64,000 nt of DNA, taken from positions 19,189 through 83,188 of IMG/VR virus record IMGVR_UViG_3300044475_000035; one strand, given 5' to 3'. Shown here in pieces: positions 55,571-64,000 of this stretch. This stretch comes from a virus. Lineage: Duplodnaviria > Caudoviricetes. The notes under the pieces were generated by a model that saw only the letters and a program-made list of their open reading frames with translations, was not told the DNA's origin and did not search any database. Within the stretch, counting starts at the first letter, position 1; every line of letters starts with the position of its first letter. Position numbers and translations under genes: made by a program.

Positions 55571-57619
55571 ATGAAAGACTTAAATAAAGAATACAAGATT
55601 TATGCAGCAGATGTAGAGGCAACAGGTTTACTACATCACTTAGTTGAGCAAGGTGAAAAGGCAAAACTACACAACCTCTGTGTAATGGATATTGAAGACT
55701 GCAATATGACCACGTTCCATACAGATACAGAGGAACAACGTAAAGACATTCAAGCTTTATTAGATCAACCAACAATATTCATTATGCACAATGGTATTTG
55801 CTATGATAAGAATGCACTAAAACACTTTGGTTATGATGTAAGTAAGGCCATTTTTGTAGACACTTTGGCTTTATCTTGGTATTTAGATTTGAACCGAGAT
55901 AAACACGGTTTAGAAAACTATGGTGAAGAGTTTGGCGTACCAAAACCTGCTATTGTAGATTGGGAAAGTCTTACACAACAAGACTATGACCATCGTGTAC
56001 AAGAGGATGTAAAGATTCAGTATCGAACATACAAGAAACTAAAAAGCATGTTTGAAGAACTTTATGGTGAAATGACCGACTATGAGTTTTGTACGCACAA
56101 AGTTGTTAAGTATTTAAACTTCAAGATGGAACAGCTTGAGGAGCAGCAGAACACTAAGTTTAAGGTGGACGTACCTCATACTAAAAAGGTTGTTGAAGAA
56201 CTTGAACAAGAGATTGAACACAAAACAGAACAACTTAAAGCCTCTATGCCTAAAGTTCCTGAGTACACTAAGCACACACGTCCTGCGAAACCTTTTAAGA
56301 AAGATGGTACTTTATCTTCTCATGGAGAGAAATGGAAATCTTTATGTGAAGAAGCAGAAGTAGACTTTGATTACGAAGGTGAAATCAAGAAGGTTAAGCA
56401 GTACAACGAACCAAACCCTGCTTCTAGTTCACAGGTTAAAGATTGGTTGTTCTCTTTAGGTTGGATTCCTGAGACATTTAAATATGTTAAGGATGATTCA
56501 GGTAATGAACGTTCTACCCCACAAGTTTACGTTCAAGGCAGTGGGGGTCAAGTGTGTCCATCTATCGAGAAGCTTGCAGAAGAACACGAAGAGCTACAGC
56601 ACTTAGTTGGTTTAGGCGTCTTGTCTCACCGAAAAAGTTGTGTTAAGGGTTTCTTAGACAGTTTAGTATTTGGTGAGTTTGTAGAAGCAAGTGCTAACGG
56701 TTTTACGAACACCTTACGTTTGAAACACCGTAAACCTTGTGTCAACTTACCATCATCTCGTGTTGTGTATGGTGAAGCTGTACGATCTTGTCTAGTTGCT
56801 CGTGAAGGTATGCTATTGGGTGGAGCAGATTTAAGCTCTTTAGAAAACCGTATCAAGTTCAACTTGCAGCTACCTTATGATCGTGAGTATGTGCTATCTC
56901 AGATGTCTTCCGACTTTGACCCACATTTAGAAATTGCACAAGAAGGTGGACTGTTAAAACAGCATGAAGTTTGGTTTTATAAAATAGTGAAAGGATCTTT
57001 TCCACGAGAGAATTACCCAAAAGATTCGGCTTTAGATGAGATGTTAAATTATCCAACAGACCTTCAGAAAACACTTGTGAAGCACATTTCTGAAGTACGT
57101 GGTAAAGGTAAGGAAACTAACTACAGTTGCCAATACGGTGCTGGTGCTGCTACAGTCGCTAGAACTGCTGGTGTACCTTTGAGTGTAGGTAAAGCTCTTG
57201 TAAAAGCTTATAAAAAGGTTAATTGGTCTATTGAAAAGATTGCCCAATCACAAACAACCAAGAAAGTGTCTCACGGAAATTACCAACTCAACCCTTTTAA
57301 TGGCATGTGGTATCACTTAAAAACAGACAAAGACCGTTTTAGTACGTTGGTGCAAGGGACAGGGGCTTATGTGTTAGACTTGTGGTTAGGGTTTCAATTT
57401 AATTTGAGAAATAAACCTGATTATGATTTTGATGAGGATGGTGTTAAACTTCTAGCAACTTTCCACGATGAACAAGTCGTAGAATTTAAAGAAATTCATA
57501 AAGATCAAGTTCAACAACTTATGAAAGACTCTTTAAACAAAGTAAATGAAAGATTTAAACTTGAAATACCGTTTGACTGTGATGTACAGTTCGGTGTAAC
57601 GTATGCAGATATTCACTAA
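55571..57619 (+). CDS. DNA polymerase, family A, with 3'-5' exonuclease
   Basis: Exo motifs DVEA, HNGICYD and DTL.LS; polymerase motifs DLSSLENR, R..GKETNY..QYG and HDE. Confidence 0.95.
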   Translation: MKDLNKEYKIYAADVEATGLLHHLVEQGEKAKLHNLCVMDIEDCNMTTFHTDTEEQRKDIQALLDQPTIFIMHNGICYDKNALKHFGYDVSKAIFVDTLALSWYLDLNRDKHGLENYGEEFGVPKPAIVDWESLTQQDYDHRVQEDVKIQYRTYKKLKSMFEELYGEMTDYEFCTHKVVKYLNFKMEQLEEQQNTKFKVDVPHTKKVVEELEQEIEHKTEQLKASMPKVPEYTKHTRPAKPFKKDGTLSSHGEKWKSLCEEAEVDFDYEGEIKKVKQYNEPNPASSSQVKDWLFSLGWIPETFKYVKDDSGNERSTPQVYVQGSGGQVCPSIEKLAEEHEELQHLVGLGVLSHRKSCVKGFLDSLVFGEFVEASANGFTNTLRLKHRKPCVNLPSSRVVYGEAVRSCLVAREGMLLGGADLSSLENRIKFNLQLPYDREYVLSQMSSDFDPHLEIAQEGGLLKQHEVWFYKIVKGSFPRENYPKDSALDEMLNYPTDLQKTLVKHISEVRGKGKETNYSCQYGAGAATVARTAGVPLSVGKALVKAYKKVNWSIEKIAQSQTTKKVSHGNYQLNPFNGMWYHLKTDKDRFSTLVQGTGAYVLDLWLGFQFNLRNKPDYDFDEDGVKLLATFHDEQVVEFKEIHKDQVQQLMKDSLNKVNERFKLEIPFDCDVQFGVTYADIH

Positions 57620-57628
57620 GGAGTAATT

Positions 57629-57877
57629 ATGAACGAGCTATTTAAGATTGAAGATATTTCAGGCACAAAAGATAATATGTTGTTTGATAGAAAGGTGACT
57701 TTTTACGATGACAAAACAGGAGCGATTGAAGCTGAATATTTCTACTCAAAAGGTAAATGTAATTACTTACTAAGTTGGGGTTTCACTAAAGATAGTTTAG
57801 GCGAGTTACGGAAGACTAAAGCGCATAAAGCTAAGAAACCATATTTTTCATTTCAAACAGGTTGGACAAAGGAGTAA
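57629..57877 (+). CDS. Hypothetical protein
   Basis: AAGGAG RBS. Confidence 0.65.
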   Translation: MNELFKIEDISGTKDNMLFDRKVTFYDDKTGAIEAEYFYSKGKCNYLLSWGFTKDSLGELRKTKAHKAKKPYFSFQTGWTKE

Positions 57878-57880
57878 TAA

Positions 57881-58117
57881 ATGCAAGATCATACTAGAAG
57901 TAAGCGTCTTATGATGTTTACTTCTTTATTGAGAACCTTGAACTTTGTAAGTCATGCAAGAGTATTACAATGCTATGATTTATTTTTAAAGTTTGAACTT
58001 GAATATCCTTTAATAGATGAGTATACTAGAACAGGTATGAACGTTGATCACAACAATATGAGAATGTTTATTAGTAAGTTAGGAGATGATTCAAATGACA
58101 CAACAAGAGTTTTATGA
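57881..58117 (+). CDS. Hypothetical protein
   Basis: AAGGAG RBS. Confidence 0.6.
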   Translation: MQDHTRSKRLMMFTSLLRTLNFVSHARVLQCYDLFLKFELEYPLIDEYTRTGMNVDHNNMRMFISKLGDDSNDTTRVL

Positions 58118-58331
58118 AAAATACAAAGAAGTTACATTCTTCTTTAAATCATATTATAAGTATACTTTCACTTTCGAGGGTGATTGTAAAGGTAGTAAGG
58201 TAACGATAGGTGTTGGTGGTAGTTCAGATGAAATCTACCGCATGGAAGTTATTCCTGATTGCCCAGAGTCTATTGATCAATTACAACCTTACGAGGGGTT
58301 GTGCGGTGAAGACCATTTTTATAACTACTAA
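58095..58331 (+). CDS. Conserved phage hypothetical protein
   Basis: F.SYYKYTFTF.G...GG..DEIYR motif. Confidence 0.7.
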   Translation: MTQQEFYEKYKEVTFFFKSYYKYTFTFEGDCKGSKVTIGVGGSSDEIYRMEVIPDCPESIDQLQPYEGLCGEDHFYNY

Positions 58332-58343
58332 GGAGTAAAATTA

Positions 58344-58475
58344 ATGGATGACATATATATAGTTGATTTATGGGCGCAATTAGCATTCAAACAAACATTA
58401 AACGATCAGGAGTTGGAGTTATTAAACAATTGTGCTAAACATTTACTGAAATTACTTGAAGGGGTAACAAAATGA
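58344..58475 (+). CDS. 43-aa hypothetical protein, not in the ORF track
   Basis: AAGGAG RBS; MDDIYIVDLWAQLAF... Confidence 0.55.
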   Translation: MDDIYIVDLWAQLAFKQTLNDQELELLNNCAKHLLKLLEGVTK

Positions 58476-58698
58476 GTTAGATATTGAAGATTTAGGTAGT
58501 TGTGTTTTTGAGGAGTTAGGAGCAGATCATTTAGCTTACAACCCTTTTCTTACAGAGTTTCTTGTGTTAGATTCTTATTGTAAAGAACGTGGTGTACACG
58601 CAACAGTGCTGTTAATTAATGAAATTCGGAAGTTACCACATAAAGTAACTTTTGAAACAAAAATTGTTAAATCAGAAAGACTAAAAGGGAGTGATTAA
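58472..58698 (+). pseudogene. Frameshifted small gene (1-nt deletion at codon 3, or a sequencing error)
   Basis: ATG AGT TAG. Adding one T gives MSLDIEDLGSCVFEELG...KGSD*, coupled to both neighbours by ATGA and TAATG overlaps. Confidence 0.6.
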
Positions 58699-59015
58699 TG
58701 AGTAACAAGTTATACGAAATTACATTAGATGAGACACAACTTATGCATTTACAACATGCTTTGAAGTGCCACGTTGTAAAGTTAGTTGAAGAATACTTTG
58801 ATAGTGATCAAAAGAAAGTTCCTGAAGAAGTAAATATTGTAAATGATATGTATTATGTAGTTAAAGAGTACACGGATTTAGAGTTTACTTTTGAAGAACC
58901 AATGTCAAAGACTCAAGACTTGATTTGGATTAAAGAGGTTGATCTTGAAGATTGGTATAAGAAAGCAGAGCAAGTAAGATTAGAAGCTTTAAACACTTTT
59001 ACTTTTAACAAATAA
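58698..59015 (+). CDS. Hypothetical protein
   Basis: GGGAG RBS. Confidence 0.65.
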   Translation: MSNKLYEITLDETQLMHLQHALKCHVVKLVEEYFDSDQKKVPEEVNIVNDMYYVVKEYTDLEFTFEEPMSKTQDLIWIKEVDLEDWYKKAEQVRLEALNTFTFNK

Positions 59016-59147
59016 ACTGCATTTAACTAGAGTTAGAATATTGTAATATTTATTCATATAGGTATTGCAAACAACAAAGTAAGTATGTATACTTGCACTC
59101 ATACTGTAAGGTATATTAAATCAACCAAACCATTAAAGGAAACAAAT

Positions 59148-60137
59148 ATGAATTTTAATTTAAAACCACAAGGTTACACTACTACGCATTCAAATAGCAC
59201 TCCACAAGTTAATTGGAACGCAATTAACAATCAGGTTGAAACAGACAACCACACAGCTATCATTTCTCAGATTGTTGATCTTGGTATCCATACACCCCCA
59301 CTATCGGCAACAGTAGAAAAATCTACTACTGTATCTACACTTGCAGAAGCAGAAGCTTTGGTAGCTCAATCAGAAGAAATGCTTAAAAAGTCTGACTTCG
59401 AGAAAGTTAAGATTACAGAAGTAAACGGTGAATACTTAGTAGGGGTTCAGATTCGACAACCGAAAGACCGTCAAGAGATTGCAGTATTTGCTGATCTTCC
59501 TGATACGATTATCAACTATGGTGAAGTAATTGGTGAAAAACCTTACCGTGTTTGTCTAAATAAGTCTTGGAAAGGTGGGGTTCGTGGTTTAGGGTTAGCT
59601 GTTGTTCCACCACAAAAGCAAGGAGGTGTTTGGACATTTGCACCTAATTCTATGCTAACAGAGCTTGCTAAAGTAACTAAACAAACTACTATTACAGACG
59701 GCACGAGTAAGACAGATACTAATAATATTGGTTTAATCTTAGGTAAGTCGTTAATGGTTGATGTTCAAAAGACTGTTGATGGTGATAAGGTTTACGTTAA
59801 TGTAAAAGGTATTTCTTCTGTACCAAACGCTTTAGCTAAAACTATTGATTATAGTGTAGTTAATCCTGTTGGTATTTCTTTTGATAATGTAACTAAAGAA
59901 CTCTTAAAAGAAGCAGGTGTTCGTGGGAACATTATCAAGAAGATTAAAGAAGCGAACAACTATCAAGGTAGTCAGATGCAAACAGCTATTGAAGCTTTGG
60001 AAGCTGATTTCCGAAGTGGTGAAAGTACAGGACAAACAGAGGTTACTTCTCAAACACTTAAACAAGAAGTTAAAGAATCACCTAAAGCTACTAAGCCTGC
60101 ACCAGTAGATGAAGAGTCAGACACTTTACCATTTTAA
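59148..60137 (+). CDS. Putative ssDNA-binding/recombination protein
   Basis: ISQIVDLG motif, flexible linker and acidic EESDTLPF C-terminus; replication-module context. Confidence 0.6.
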   Translation: MNFNLKPQGYTTTHSNSTPQVNWNAINNQVETDNHTAIISQIVDLGIHTPPLSATVEKSTTVSTLAEAEALVAQSEEMLKKSDFEKVKITEVNGEYLVGVQIRQPKDRQEIAVFADLPDTIINYGEVIGEKPYRVCLNKSWKGGVRGLGLAVVPPQKQGGVWTFAPNSMLTELAKVTKQTTITDGTSKTDTNNIGLILGKSLMVDVQKTVDGDKVYVNVKGISSVPNALAKTIDYSVVNPVGISFDNVTKELLKEAGVRGNIIKKIKEANNYQGSQMQTAIEALEADFRSGESTGQTEVTSQTLKQEVKESPKATKPAPVDEESDTLPF

Positions 60138-60153
60138 TCTGTAACACACCAAA

Positions 60154-60192
60154 CGAGGGTTTAAAGAGGTTATACAACCTCTACCCTCCTTA
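60154..60192 (+). terminator. Hairpin, probable terminator
   Basis: GAGGGT-AGAGGTT/AACCTCT-ACCCTC stem. Confidence 0.5.
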
Positions 60193-60211
60193 ATAACTTA
60201 GGAGATATAAA

Positions 60212-60484
60212 ATGAATTTCAAAGCTTTTGTAGAAAGTTATGTAAAGCTTTTAGAAGAACACCCTGAACTTGGTGAATTAGAAGTATGGCAATACTCAGA
60301 TGCAGAGGGTAATAGTGTTTTACCTGTTTACGATTCATCTAACATTGCTTATATTGATAAAGGGCAATATGGTGAAACTGATGAGTTTGTTCAAGATGCT
60401 GAGTTGACAGAGCACTTAGAATGGTTAGAAGTTCAGTTAGATGAGTTCTTAGAGGCAAACAAACAAGTTATCTTAATTGGTTAA
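60212..60484 (+). CDS. Hypothetical protein
   Basis: D.EGN motif; AGGAGA RBS. Confidence 0.7.
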   Translation: MNFKAFVESYVKLLEEHPELGELEVWQYSDAEGNSVLPVYDSSNIAYIDKGQYGETDEFVQDAELTEHLEWLEVQLDEFLEANKQVILIG

Positions 60485-60496
60485 AGGAGAAATAGT

Positions 60497-60901
60497 ATGA
60501 ATTTCGAAGATGTTAAAATTGGAATGAAAGTACAAATTAAGCAAGATGGTTTAGGGTTCAGTGAACACTATTACGGTAGGCAAGGGGTTGTTACTCGTAT
60601 TGACGATGAAAAAGGTGGTTATGACGTATGTGTCTCATTTTCGGGAGAGGTGTACGATTGGGGCAATGCAGAAGGTATTGAACCTGTAGTTGATGTTGTT
60701 AAAACTTTAATTGTTACTAAAGGTTGTGCATATAAAACGATCGAACAACAAACATTAGAGCAATTACTGCAAGGTATTCAGGTAGCTCTTGAACAAGGTA
60801 ATTTGGAAGCTATTGAGGCATTAAGTAAAGCTTACCAACGTATTAAATCTACTTCAAACCAAACAGAAGTACAACCAACATTAGGAGAAACAACAGTATG
60901 A
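60497..60901 (+). CDS. Hypothetical SH3/KOW-like protein
   Basis: FEDVKIGMKV N-terminus. Confidence 0.65.
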   Translation: MNFEDVKIGMKVQIKQDGLGFSEHYYGRQGVVTRIDDEKGGYDVCVSFSGEVYDWGNAEGIEPVVDVVKTLIVTKGCAYKTIEQQTLEQLLQGIQVALEQGNLEAIEALSKAYQRIKSTSNQTEVQPTLGETTV

Positions 60902-61131
60902 ACGTATCAAAACTTAAAGAAATGTATAACCGTTTAGTTAATTTGCATTCAGAGATTGATTTATTGCAACAAGATTTAAGAGCAATGAAAGAAGAAGTTG
61001 AAGAAGCTTTACCCGAAGTATCTTTTACTGATCTTAGTGCAGCAGCTAAACTTAAAGCACAAAACAAATTAGGAGAGAAAGTTAGTAAGTTAAATTCTTT
61101 TCTTGAATTAGTTGATGATGTAAGTAATTAA
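60898..61131 (+). CDS. Small coiled-coil dsDNA-binding-like protein (T4 DsbA/GapR-like)
   Basis: LKE...R..NL..EI..L..DL..MKEE pattern. Confidence 0.5.
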   Translation: MNVSKLKEMYNRLVNLHSEIDLLQQDLRAMKEEVEEALPEVSFTDLSAAAKLKAQNKLGEKVSKLNSFLELVDDVSN

Positions 61132-61157
61132 ATGATTTAATAAAATTTAATTAAATT

Positions 61158-61189
61158 AGAGGTGCAAGTAGAAATACGCACCTCTTTTT
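61158..61189 (+). terminator. Intrinsic terminator
   Basis: AGAGGTGC...GCACCTCT followed by T-run. Confidence 0.75.
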
Positions 61190-61211
61190 GTTTATAAGAT
61201 TAGGAGAAGAT

Positions 61212-62207
61212 ATGACAACAGCAGTTTTTGATATGGACTATATAAAATATGCCGTAGCTAGTGCAGGAGAAACACGAAGTATTAAAGCTTATCACCCTAT
61301 TGATGGTACTGAGTGGAAAGCAAAATCTCGTACAGAGTTGTGGGGGCATTATCTCAAAAAGAGTGCAGGGTTGCTTGCTGAACACAACAAAACAAACGGT
61401 ACAAACTATACAGCAGATGAACTTGTAGTTATTGATGTTCAAGAACCTGAACCAATAGCTAATGTTAAACATTCAGCTAAAAGTATGTTTGAATCTGTCT
61501 TATACCAACTTAAAACAAACAAGTACAAAGGTTTTATTGGTAAGGGTGAATCTTGGCGAGTAGGACGATCAACAATTCTTGAATATAAAGGTAATCGTAA
61601 AGACGTATTAAAACCTCTATTGCTTGATGAGATCAGTGAATACCTTACTCGAAAATATAACTGTGAGATTGTAGAAGGTTTAGAGTGCGATGATCGTGTT
61701 GTTATGGAGAGTTTCAATAAACCTGACCATTGTGTAATTGGAATTGATAAGGACTATGCAGGAAGCCCTGTCAATTGGTTTAATCCAAGCAAACCTGAAT
61801 ATGGTGTTGTAAACTGCAACAAGTTAGGTGAGTTGTTTTTAGATGATAAAGGGAAAGTTCGTGGTTTTGGTAGAATGTTTCTTTATCATCAAATTTTAAG
61901 CGGGGATAGTTCAGATAACTATGCAGCCAATTCTGCGTCTAAATTAGACTGGGGTGAAAAATCTTCGTATAAGTTACTAAAAGATTGTAAGACAGATAAG
62001 GCAGCTTTTGAAGCTTTAAAGAAAGGTTATCAGATAATCTACCCTGAACCTGTACAAATCAAAGGATGGAGGGGTAATATGTTAGAAGTTGATTGGAAGT
62101 ATGTATTTGATGAAAATTGGACAATGGCTAAAATGCTTCGTTGGGAAAATGATGTTACTGTAGGAACAACAGTAATGCAAAAGCTAGGGGTAAACATCAA
62201 TGACTGA
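61212..62207 (+). CDS. 5'-3' exonuclease (T7 gp6-like/flap family)
   Basis: D.DY..Y, YKGNR..KP, GLECDD, IDKD and Q.L.GD.SDNY motifs. Confidence 0.88.
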   Translation: MTTAVFDMDYIKYAVASAGETRSIKAYHPIDGTEWKAKSRTELWGHYLKKSAGLLAEHNKTNGTNYTADELVVIDVQEPEPIANVKHSAKSMFESVLYQLKTNKYKGFIGKGESWRVGRSTILEYKGNRKDVLKPLLLDEISEYLTRKYNCEIVEGLECDDRVVMESFNKPDHCVIGIDKDYAGSPVNWFNPSKPEYGVVNCNKLGELFLDDKGKVRGFGRMFLYHQILSGDSSDNYAANSASKLDWGEKSSYKLLKDCKTDKAAFEALKKGYQIIYPEPVQIKGWRGNMLEVDWKYVFDENWTMAKMLRWENDVTVGTTVMQKLGVNIND

Positions 62208-62712
62208 AGTATCTAAGCACCTATACAACACCAAAGACGTAAGTAGAGTGAGAGAGTTACTTTATGAAGAACAAGAAGGAGTCGACCCTATTACTGGTCT
62301 TATTATTCCTATCAACCAAAGAGTATTAGATCATTGTCATGATACTCAATATGTTCGTGCAGTATTACATAGACAAACTAACGCTGTTTTAGGTAAGATT
62401 GAGAACCTATGGACAAGATACCTAAGTTGGTGGTATACAGGTACGTTATCAGACTTTCTACGAGGATGTGCTGATTATCTTGAAAAGGAACATAATCAAG
62501 AATATATTCACCCTTCGTTTATGAAAACCTTACAAGTTAAGTTCAACAAACTTAACGAAGGAAAGAAGCAAGAGTTTCTTTTGAAAGTTAATGAAGAAAA
62601 AGGTTGCAATGGAACTCAAAGAAAGGTACTATTTAAGAAGTTCTTACTAAAGAGAACTCATACGATGAAACAAGTTGAAGATTTATTAAAGGAGATTCAA
62701 GATGCCGTGTAG
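62200..62712 (+). CDS. Endonuclease VII-like recombination endonuclease
   Basis: EQ.G.DPI...VLDHCHDT..VR.VLH...N..LGKIEN motif. Confidence 0.85.
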   Translation: MTEVSKHLYNTKDVSRVRELLYEEQEGVDPITGLIIPINQRVLDHCHDTQYVRAVLHRQTNAVLGKIENLWTRYLSWWYTGTLSDFLRGCADYLEKEHNQEYIHPSFMKTLQVKFNKLNEGKKQEFLLKVNEEKGCNGTQRKVLFKKFLLKRTHTMKQVEDLLKEIQDAV

Positions 62713-63100
62713 TGATGGTGGTTACGGAGAATACCTCAGAACAGAAGGTATTCGTGAAAAGTATAAAGCAAGGATTGATGAACTTGAGAAAGATGCAGAT
62801 GAATCAAAAGCATTATTGAAATTCGAATTATCTGTTCTCAAATCAACTAATGAAGCTTTACAAGAACGTAAAGACGAATTAGCTCAGATGCTTTGTTCAA
62901 TCATGTCTTTACTAACTAAACATAATGCGTTCTTAAAAGAGACACTTGAACGTGATGTTGATGGTTTATCTGATTGGTGGCAACATCATATGGAGTTTGA
63001 TTCACAACGTTGGTTTGAGTATTACAGCTCGTTATATCCTTCTCTTAGTAAAGAAGGTGTAACTAAAATGGTACAAGTTGGACTGTTAGACAAGGTTTAA
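62702..63100 (+). CDS. Hypothetical protein
   Basis: MPC.DGG...LC...WW..H...D motif. Confidence 0.7.
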   Translation: MPCSDGGYGEYLRTEGIREKYKARIDELEKDADESKALLKFELSVLKSTNEALQERKDELAQMLCSIMSLLTKHNAFLKETLERDVDGLSDWWQHHMEFDSQRWFEYYSSLYPSLSKEGVTKMVQVGLLDKV

Positions 63101-63111
63101 AGGAGAAGAAA

Positions 63112-64000
63112 TTGAGTAAGATTACAGAACAAAACTACAAAGACTACATCACCCTAATTAACACTAACCTTAGTCAAAGGAAAGCGTGTCGACAATTGGG
63201 TATTGATCGTACAAACATGCAACGTTATTTGAAGAAGTTAGTTGAACAACAAACAACTGATCAAGTTAAAGGAGAACCACGTGTTCTAATTTGGGATTTA
63301 GAGTCTTCGTTGTTAGAAGGTTACTTCTTCCGTATTTGGCAAGAAAACATCCCAATGAGACGTATCAAAAAACAAGCTCATTTATTATCTGCTTCGTTTG
63401 CATTCAACAATGAAGCAGTGCAAGGGTTTCGATTAACTCCTGAGCAAGTTAAAACAGCAGATGATTTCGATGTAGTATGTAAAGTTGTAGAAGCTGTTAA
63501 TAACTGTGACCTTATGGTTACGTTTAATGGTAAAAAGTTTGATGTTAAATTATTAAACACACGAGCCCTGTTTTGGGGGCTTCCTCCAGTAAAAACACCT
63601 AAACATATTGACCTGTTTGAGCAAGCTAATAAAGTATTTAAATTTCCATCTAACTCTATGCAGAACATCAGTATGTATTTAGGAGAAAATGGTAAATTAG
63701 AAACAAGCGGTAGTAATCTTTGGGAGAGATGTGCTGAATGGTGGAATCGTGAAGAATGTGAGAAAGCTTTAATTGAGATGGTTACTTACGGAGATCAAGA
63801 TATTGAAGCAACACGAGACCTCTACAAGCGTTTTCAGGGGTGGATGAAAGGAGTACCTAATCTTGGTACTATCACTAACGAAATAACCTTAAACAAGACT
63901 TTACGTTGTATTCATTGTGGTTCAGATGATATTTTTCCTATGGAAGCTAAAACATTTACAGCGGTTAGTAGTTTTGATTTATATCGTTGCGCTAACGAAG
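63112..64000 (+). CDS. HTH plus DnaQ/RNase H-like 3'-5' exonuclease with a C-terminal zinc ribbon (runs off the window edge)
   Basis: TTG start behind AAGGAGA; WDLES, FNGKKFD, HIDL, Y..QDI and CIHCGS motifs. Confidence 0.8.
   Translation, partial: MSKITEQNYKDYITLINTNLSQRKACRQLGIDRTNMQRYLKKLVEQQTTDQVKGEPRVLIWDLESSLLEGYFFRIWQENIPMRRIKKQAHLLSASFAFNNEAVQGFRLTPEQVKTADDFDVVCKVVEAVNNCDLMVTFNGKKFDVKLLNTRALFWGLPPVKTPKHIDLFEQANKVFKFPSNSMQNISMYLGENGKLETSGSNLWERCAEWWNREECEKALIEMVTYGDQDIEATRDLYKRFQGWMKGVPNLGTITNEITLNKTLRCIHCGSDDIFPMEAKTFTAVSSFDLYRCANE

Noticed and set aside
63378-63668. Minus-strand 96-aa ORF
   Set aside because: It is antisense to the exonuclease-like gene starting at 63112.
1-64000. 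Prophage or temperate interpretation
   Set aside because: No integrase, repressor, att site or host genes in the window; the genome outside the window cannot be assessed.

Overview
This is a 64-kb internal segment of an AT-rich, apparently lytic tailed dsDNA phage with siphovirus-type tail genes. No sheath, integrase or repressor is seen in the window. An Acinetobacter/Moraxellaceae host is suggested only by my recollection of two protein families, not by a search. There are four transcription blocks. (1) 1-21.9 kb, minus strand: tape measure, tail chaperones with a -1 frameshift, tail tube, neck, capsid, scaffold, protease, portal, terminase, a fibre/decoration cluster, and a ~2-kb largely non-coding region with tandem structured-RNA-like domains and a degenerate tRNA. 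(2) 22.6-32.8 kb, plus strand: HNH endonucleases, PhoH, ClpP-like protease, dCMP deaminase and many small ORFs. (3) 32.8-52.1 kb, minus strand: SF2-helicase-like gene, a 1.2-kb non-coding tract, early-type small genes, dUTPase, intein-containing ThyX, SleB-like hydrolase and a nucleotidyltransferase. (4) 52.7-64 kb, plus strand: DNA adenine methylase, primase-helicase, family A polymerase, SSB-like protein and nucleases. The most striking unexplained structures are two homologous promoter-hairpin-(TA)n elements 30 kb apart, one at each divergent junction (candidate duplicated, transcription-primed origins), and the array of stem-closed RNA domains at 20.2-21.8 kb. All calls come from reading the sequence by eye; no database search or folding program was run.
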